From Clostridia bacterium (lineage in GTDB: Bacteria > Bacillota > Clostridia > Christensenellales > Borkfalkiaceae): a stretch of 64,000 bases of DNA. A program made the position numbers and the translations under genes. The stretch covers positions 832 through 64,831 of the forward strand of contig JAFQJB010000020.1 of assembly GCA_017397305.1 (NCBI GenBank). Reading direction: 5' to 3'. The notes beneath the pieces were generated by a model. That model searched no databases. It had not been told where the DNA came from and saw only the letters and a list, made by a program, of their open reading frames with translations. This document shows positions 60,729 through 64,000 of this stretch, piece after piece (the first letter of the stretch is position 1; every line of letters begins with the position of its first letter).

Positions 60729-60757
60729 ATTATAACAAATTTCGCGCCGTTTGTAAA
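60729..60757 (-). promoter_or_regulatory. promoter of the fumC-hdr-flx-frd operon
   Basis: Minus strand reads TTTACA-17 nt-TATAAT. The -35/spacer region contains the inverted repeat ACAAA-N10-TTTGT. Confidence 0.5.
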
Positions 60758-60917
60758 TTATTTATATATAAATAAAACTAGAAAAATATAGAAATTTTCC
60801 ACCTAAACCCAAAAAATAATCGCCCCTTAACGTAAAATTACCACTTAACCTAAAAATCGTTTGCAAGCAGATATAATTTGTGATAAAATATTTTGGTCGA
60901 TTTTTGGAGAGAAAAAA

Positions 60918-61664
60918 GTGAAAAAACAAAAAAGCACCGATTTTAATAAACCCCTCACCTTTAAGTTTGGGTTAAAAGACGGATTGCCGATTGGTCTTGG
61001 TTACCTTTCGGTCGCTTTTGCGTTCGGCGTAAAGGCCGTTGTCGCGGGGGTACCGTGGTTTATGGCGCTTTTTATTTCCATGACAAACCTTACCTCAGCA
61101 GGTCAACTCGCGGGGCTTACGGTTATCACAACGCTGGGCACTTTTCTTGAAATTGCCGTTACCCAGTTGGTAATAAATTCCAGATACTTTTTGATGAGCA
61201 TAACCCTCTCTCAAAAAATGGACGATAATTTTTCGTTTGCGAACAGATTTTTCTATTCTGCTTTCGTTACCGACGAGATTTTTGCAGTGGCTTCTTCCAA
61301 AAAGCTTCCCATCAATAAAAAATACTTCCTAGGGCTTGTTATCCTTCCCTACGTCGGTTGGTCGCTTGGAACTTTGCTCGGTGCAACGGCGGGCAGTATT
61401 CTTCCCCCGATAATAACCAATTCCCTAAACATAGCGCTATACGCAATGTTTATTGCAATTATCGTTCCGCCGTCCACAAAGCAACTCGGGGTTGCACTCG
61501 CCGTACTTATGAGCGCGGGTATAAGTTGCGCACTCTATTTTATCCCCGTATTCAGTGTTCTAAAAGACGGTATAAAAATAGTTATAAGTGCACTTATAAC
61601 GGCTTGCCTTATGGCGTTTTTGTTCCCCATAAAAAAGGAGGGTGATAGCGATGCCGTTAGGTAG
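60918..61664 (+). CDS. azlC: AzlC-family branched-chain amino-acid exporter subunit
   Basis: GLKDGLPIGLGYLSVAFAFG. GTG start with RBS GGAGAGA. Confidence 0.8.
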   Translation: MKKQKSTDFNKPLTFKFGLKDGLPIGLGYLSVAFAFGVKAVVAGVPWFMALFISMTNLTSAGQLAGLTVITTLGTFLEIAVTQLVINSRYFLMSITLSQKMDDNFSFANRFFYSAFVTDEIFAVASSKKLPINKKYFLGLVILPYVGWSLGTLLGATAGSILPPIITNSLNIALYAMFIAIIVPPSTKQLGVALAVLMSAGISCALYFIPVFSVLKDGIKIVISALITACLMAFLFPIKKEGDSDAVR

Positions 61665-61959
61665 AATGGCCTTAATGATTGTTGTTATGGCGGGTGTTAC
61701 CTATCTTATAAGAATGCTTCCACTAGTTCTTTTTAGAAAGAAAATAACTTCCCGATATATCCAAAGTTTACTATACTACATACCCTATGCCGTTCTTTCG
61801 GCAATGACCTTTCCCTACATTTTTTACGCAACGGGCAATCTTTGGACGGCACTAATCGGCACGGCGGTTGCCCTTATAGCCTCCATTTGCAAGCAATCGC
61901 TTATCATCGTTGCACTGCTCTCTTGCATTGGCGTTTTGATAGGTGGATTTATATTTTAA
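61651..61959 (+). CDS. azlD: AzlD-family protein
   Basis: About 102 aa with 3-4 TM segments. ATG with RBS AGGAGG, overlapping the azlC end. Confidence 0.75.
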   Translation: MPLGRMALMIVVMAGVTYLIRMLPLVLFRKKITSRYIQSLLYYIPYAVLSAMTFPYIFYATGNLWTALIGTAVALIASICKQSLIIVALLSCIGVLIGGFIF

Positions 61960-61972
61960 GTTTAAAAAAACA

Positions 61973-62003
61973 AAAAGCACATCGGCGATGTGCTTTTTCT
62001 TTT
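61973..62003. terminator. bidirectional terminator
   Basis: AAAAGCACATC-ggc-GATGTGCTTTTTCTTTT. Confidence 0.7.
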
Positions 62004-62004
62004 A

Positions 62005-63435
62005 TTATTTGAACCAACGAAAAGTGCTGATTATACCCTGCCCCCATAACAAAAGCAATAATATCGGTAATATATATTTGCAATAAAAGCGGAGTTTAGA
62101 AGGGAATTTTGCACCCTTACCCGTGTTGGCTTCGGTCAAGAATTTATGCCAGCCCCACGCCTTTTTATCCCACGTGCAGAAAAGAACGTAAACAAGCGAG
62201 CCTAACGGCAAAATGTTGCTTGAAATTATAAAGTCTTCTAGCTTCATAATATCGCTTTCCGCACCGAGCGGAGTGAAGCCCGACCACACGTTGAAACCTA
62301 GAATACACGGCAACACCAAAACGAGCAATAGGATAAAGTTTATTAGACAAGACTTGTGCCTATTCCAACCCCATCTATCCATACCGAAAGCAATGATGTT
62401 TTCAAACACCGCGATAACGGTTGACATAGCGGCAAAAATCATAAATAGGAAGAAGAACGAGCCAACTATTCTACCCATAACTGGTCCCATACTGTTAAAC
62501 ACTTGGGGAAGAGCCTTAAAGATAAGATCAGGGCCAGACTCATTAAATTTACCATCTTTAATACCAACGCCAAATGCAAAGCATGCGGGGATAACGATTA
62601 AGCCAGCAACGAACGCAACACCCGTATCTAAAACGGCAATGGTGGTCGCCTCACCGAAAAGGCGTTTATCCTTCTTTATATAACTACCGAAAATTGCCAT
62701 AGAACCCATACCTATAGAAAGGGTAAAGAAGGCTTGTCCCATAGCGGCAAAAACGGCTTCGCCAAAGTTATCACTAAACAACTTTTTAAAATCGGGAACG
62801 AGATAATATTTAAGTCCTGCACCCGCACCTTTTAACGTAACCACGTACACGGCAAGGCAAACGATGATAACAAGGAGTAAAATCATCATTACTTTATTAA
62901 CTCTTTCCACACCCTTTTTAAGTCCTAGTGAGCAAACGAAAATGCCGAGTGCAACAACCAAAAACGCAGTGCACACTTGAACGGGAAGGTTGCCTTTAAC
63001 AGCGTCAATTTGACTGCTAACGGCAGACTTATCTACCCCGACGAACGAACCGCCTATTGACTTAAAGAAGTATATAAACATCCACCCCGTCACAGCGACG
63101 TAGAACATCATTAGAATATAGTTACCTACCGCACCGACGTAGCCGAATGCGTGCCATTTAGTGCCCTTTGGTTCAAGCGTTTTAAAAGAGGAAATAATAC
63201 TCTTTCTGCTCGCTCTACCAACGGCAAATTCCATAGTCATAATGGGAAGCCCGAATATAACGAGGAACAATAAATACATTAAGATAAACGCGGCACCGCC
63301 ATATTGACCAACAATATACGGAAAACGCCAAACGTTGCCTAGCCCTATTGCACAGCCCGCGGATATAAGAATAAAGCCAAGTCTTGAACCAAAGCCTTCC
63401 CTTTCACCGCTAAGTGCAGTTTGTTTTTTTGCCAT
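62005..63435 (-). CDS. sodium-dependent NSS/SNF-family transporter
   Basis: GLGNVWRFPY motif. 476 aa, about 11-12 TM segments. Confidence 0.85.
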   Translation of the reverse strand: MAKKQTALSGEREGFGSRLGFILISAGCAIGLGNVWRFPYIVGQYGGAAFILMYLLFLVIFGLPIMTMEFAVGRASRKSIISSFKTLEPKGTKWHAFGYVGAVGNYILMMFYVAVTGWMFIYFFKSIGGSFVGVDKSAVSSQIDAVKGNLPVQVCTAFLVVALGIFVCSLGLKKGVERVNKVMMILLLVIIVCLAVYVVTLKGAGAGLKYYLVPDFKKLFSDNFGEAVFAAMGQAFFTLSIGMGSMAIFGSYIKKDKRLFGEATTIAVLDTGVAFVAGLIVIPACFAFGVGIKDGKFNESGPDLIFKALPQVFNSMGPVMGRIVGSFFFLFMIFAAMSTVIAVFENIIAFGMDRWGWNRHKSCLINFILLLVLVLPCILGFNVWSGFTPLGAESDIMKLEDFIISSNILPLGSLVYVLFCTWDKKAWGWHKFLTEANTGKGAKFPSKLRFYCKYILPILLLLLWGQGIISTFRWFK

Positions 63436-63614
63436 AATTTTACTTTTCCTTATAAATTAATAACGCAACTATTATATCCCTAAATCAGCAATAAATCAAA
63501 CAAAATTTGCAAATTTATCCCAATCGACACCAAAAATTACAAAACATATCTTGAAATTATATATAGAATTAGAAATTTTAATAGACGTATAACCAATTTT
63601 TTAATTAATTTTAC

Positions 63615-63643
63615 TTGAATTTGCGCCCCTTGTGGTGTATAAT
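63615..63643 (+). promoter_or_regulatory. promoter of guaA
   Basis: TTGAAT-17 nt-TATAAT. Confidence 0.5.
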
Positions 63644-63672
63644 TACCTTGTAATAAATTTTTGGAGAATTTT

Positions 63673-64000
63673 ATGGATAGCAACAAAAGACCAGATACAA
63701 TGGAACGCATCACTACCCCCGCACTTGCAAACGCATTTATTGACGAGCAAGTTAAACTTGTTCGCGAACAAGTGGGCGACAAAAAAGTTCTTCTCGCTCT
63801 CTCTGGCGGTGTGGATAGTTCTGTCGTTGCAGCACTTTTAATAAAAGCAATCGGCAAACAACTCGTTTGCGTACACGTTAACCACGGCTTAATGAGAAAG
63901 GGTGAAAGCGAACAAGTTATCGAAGTGTTCGGTAAAGAACTTGACGCAAACCTTATATATATCGACGCAACCGACCGTTTCTTATCACTTCTTGAAGGCG
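63673..64000 (+). CDS. guaA: GMP synthase ATP-pyrophosphatase part, starting without a glutamine amidotransferase domain (3' end beyond the window)
   Basis: Manual translation gives MDSNKRPDTMERITTPALANAFIDEQVKLVREQVGDKKVLLALSGGVDSSVVAALLIKAIGKQLVCVHVNHGLMRKGESEQV.. An in-frame TAA at 63640-63642 prevents upstream extension. Confidence 0.85.
   Translation, partial: MDSNKRPDTMERITTPALANAFIDEQVKLVREQVGDKKVLLALSGGVDSSVVAALLIKAIGKQLVCVHVNHGLMRKGESEQVIEVFGKELDANLIYIDATDRFLSLLEG

Noticed and set aside
63537-63857. ORFs 63537-63857 (minus) and 63632-63841 (plus)
   Set aside because: Both overlap the guaA promoter and the well-supported guaA reading frame, which is a different frame or strand. They have no RBS and no recognisable motifs.

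Overview
This 64-kb chromosomal window comes from a moderately AT-rich, strictly anaerobic Firmicutes/Clostridia-like bacterium. Supporting features are a class III RNR, an [FeFe]-hydrogenase, Hdr/Flx genes, AGGAGG-type RBSs and many TTGACA-17-TATAAT promoters. I call about 65 protein genes, one tRNA-Ser(GGA), one DegV pseudogene remnant, several promoters/operators/terminators and two families of structured intergenic repeats. Order of content: nagB (partial), a solitary mazF, a nitroreductase and rpsU. Then a minus-strand arginine block (argG-H-C-J-B-D-F) followed by an amino-acid ABC transporter. Then an uncharacterised sugar-phosphate-like module (PHP phosphoesterase, SrlD-like SDR, two class II aldolase-family genes) split by a 640-bp repeat array. 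Then proA co-transcribed with an S24-like peptidase, a tandem P-II-like protein and a DUF1538 membrane protein. Then nrdG, then nrdD fused to a glutaredoxin-like domain and translationally coupled to a TrxB-like flavoprotein that lacks NADPH motifs. A small AT-rich islet follows, bracketed by a 20-bp direct repeat of the tRNA-Ser 3' end and lacking an integrase. Then glnA, hpt, DegV, a P-type Ca-ATPase, a phosphohexomutase, and a GH1 glycosidase followed by an [FeFe]-hydrogenase. The most unusual locus is a tightly coupled 10-gene minus-strand operon: fumC-hdrB-hdrC-hdrA-mvhD-flxC-flxB-flxA-frdB-frdA. It has no membrane-anchor genes and is followed by an AAE-family transporter. I propose it encodes an undescribed soluble, Hdr/Flx-coupled (possibly electron-bifurcating) fumarate reductase. 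The window ends with azlCD, an NSS transporter and a guaA that lacks the glutamine amidotransferase domain. All functional calls rest on my reading of the translated ORFs and remembered family motifs. No database search was run.
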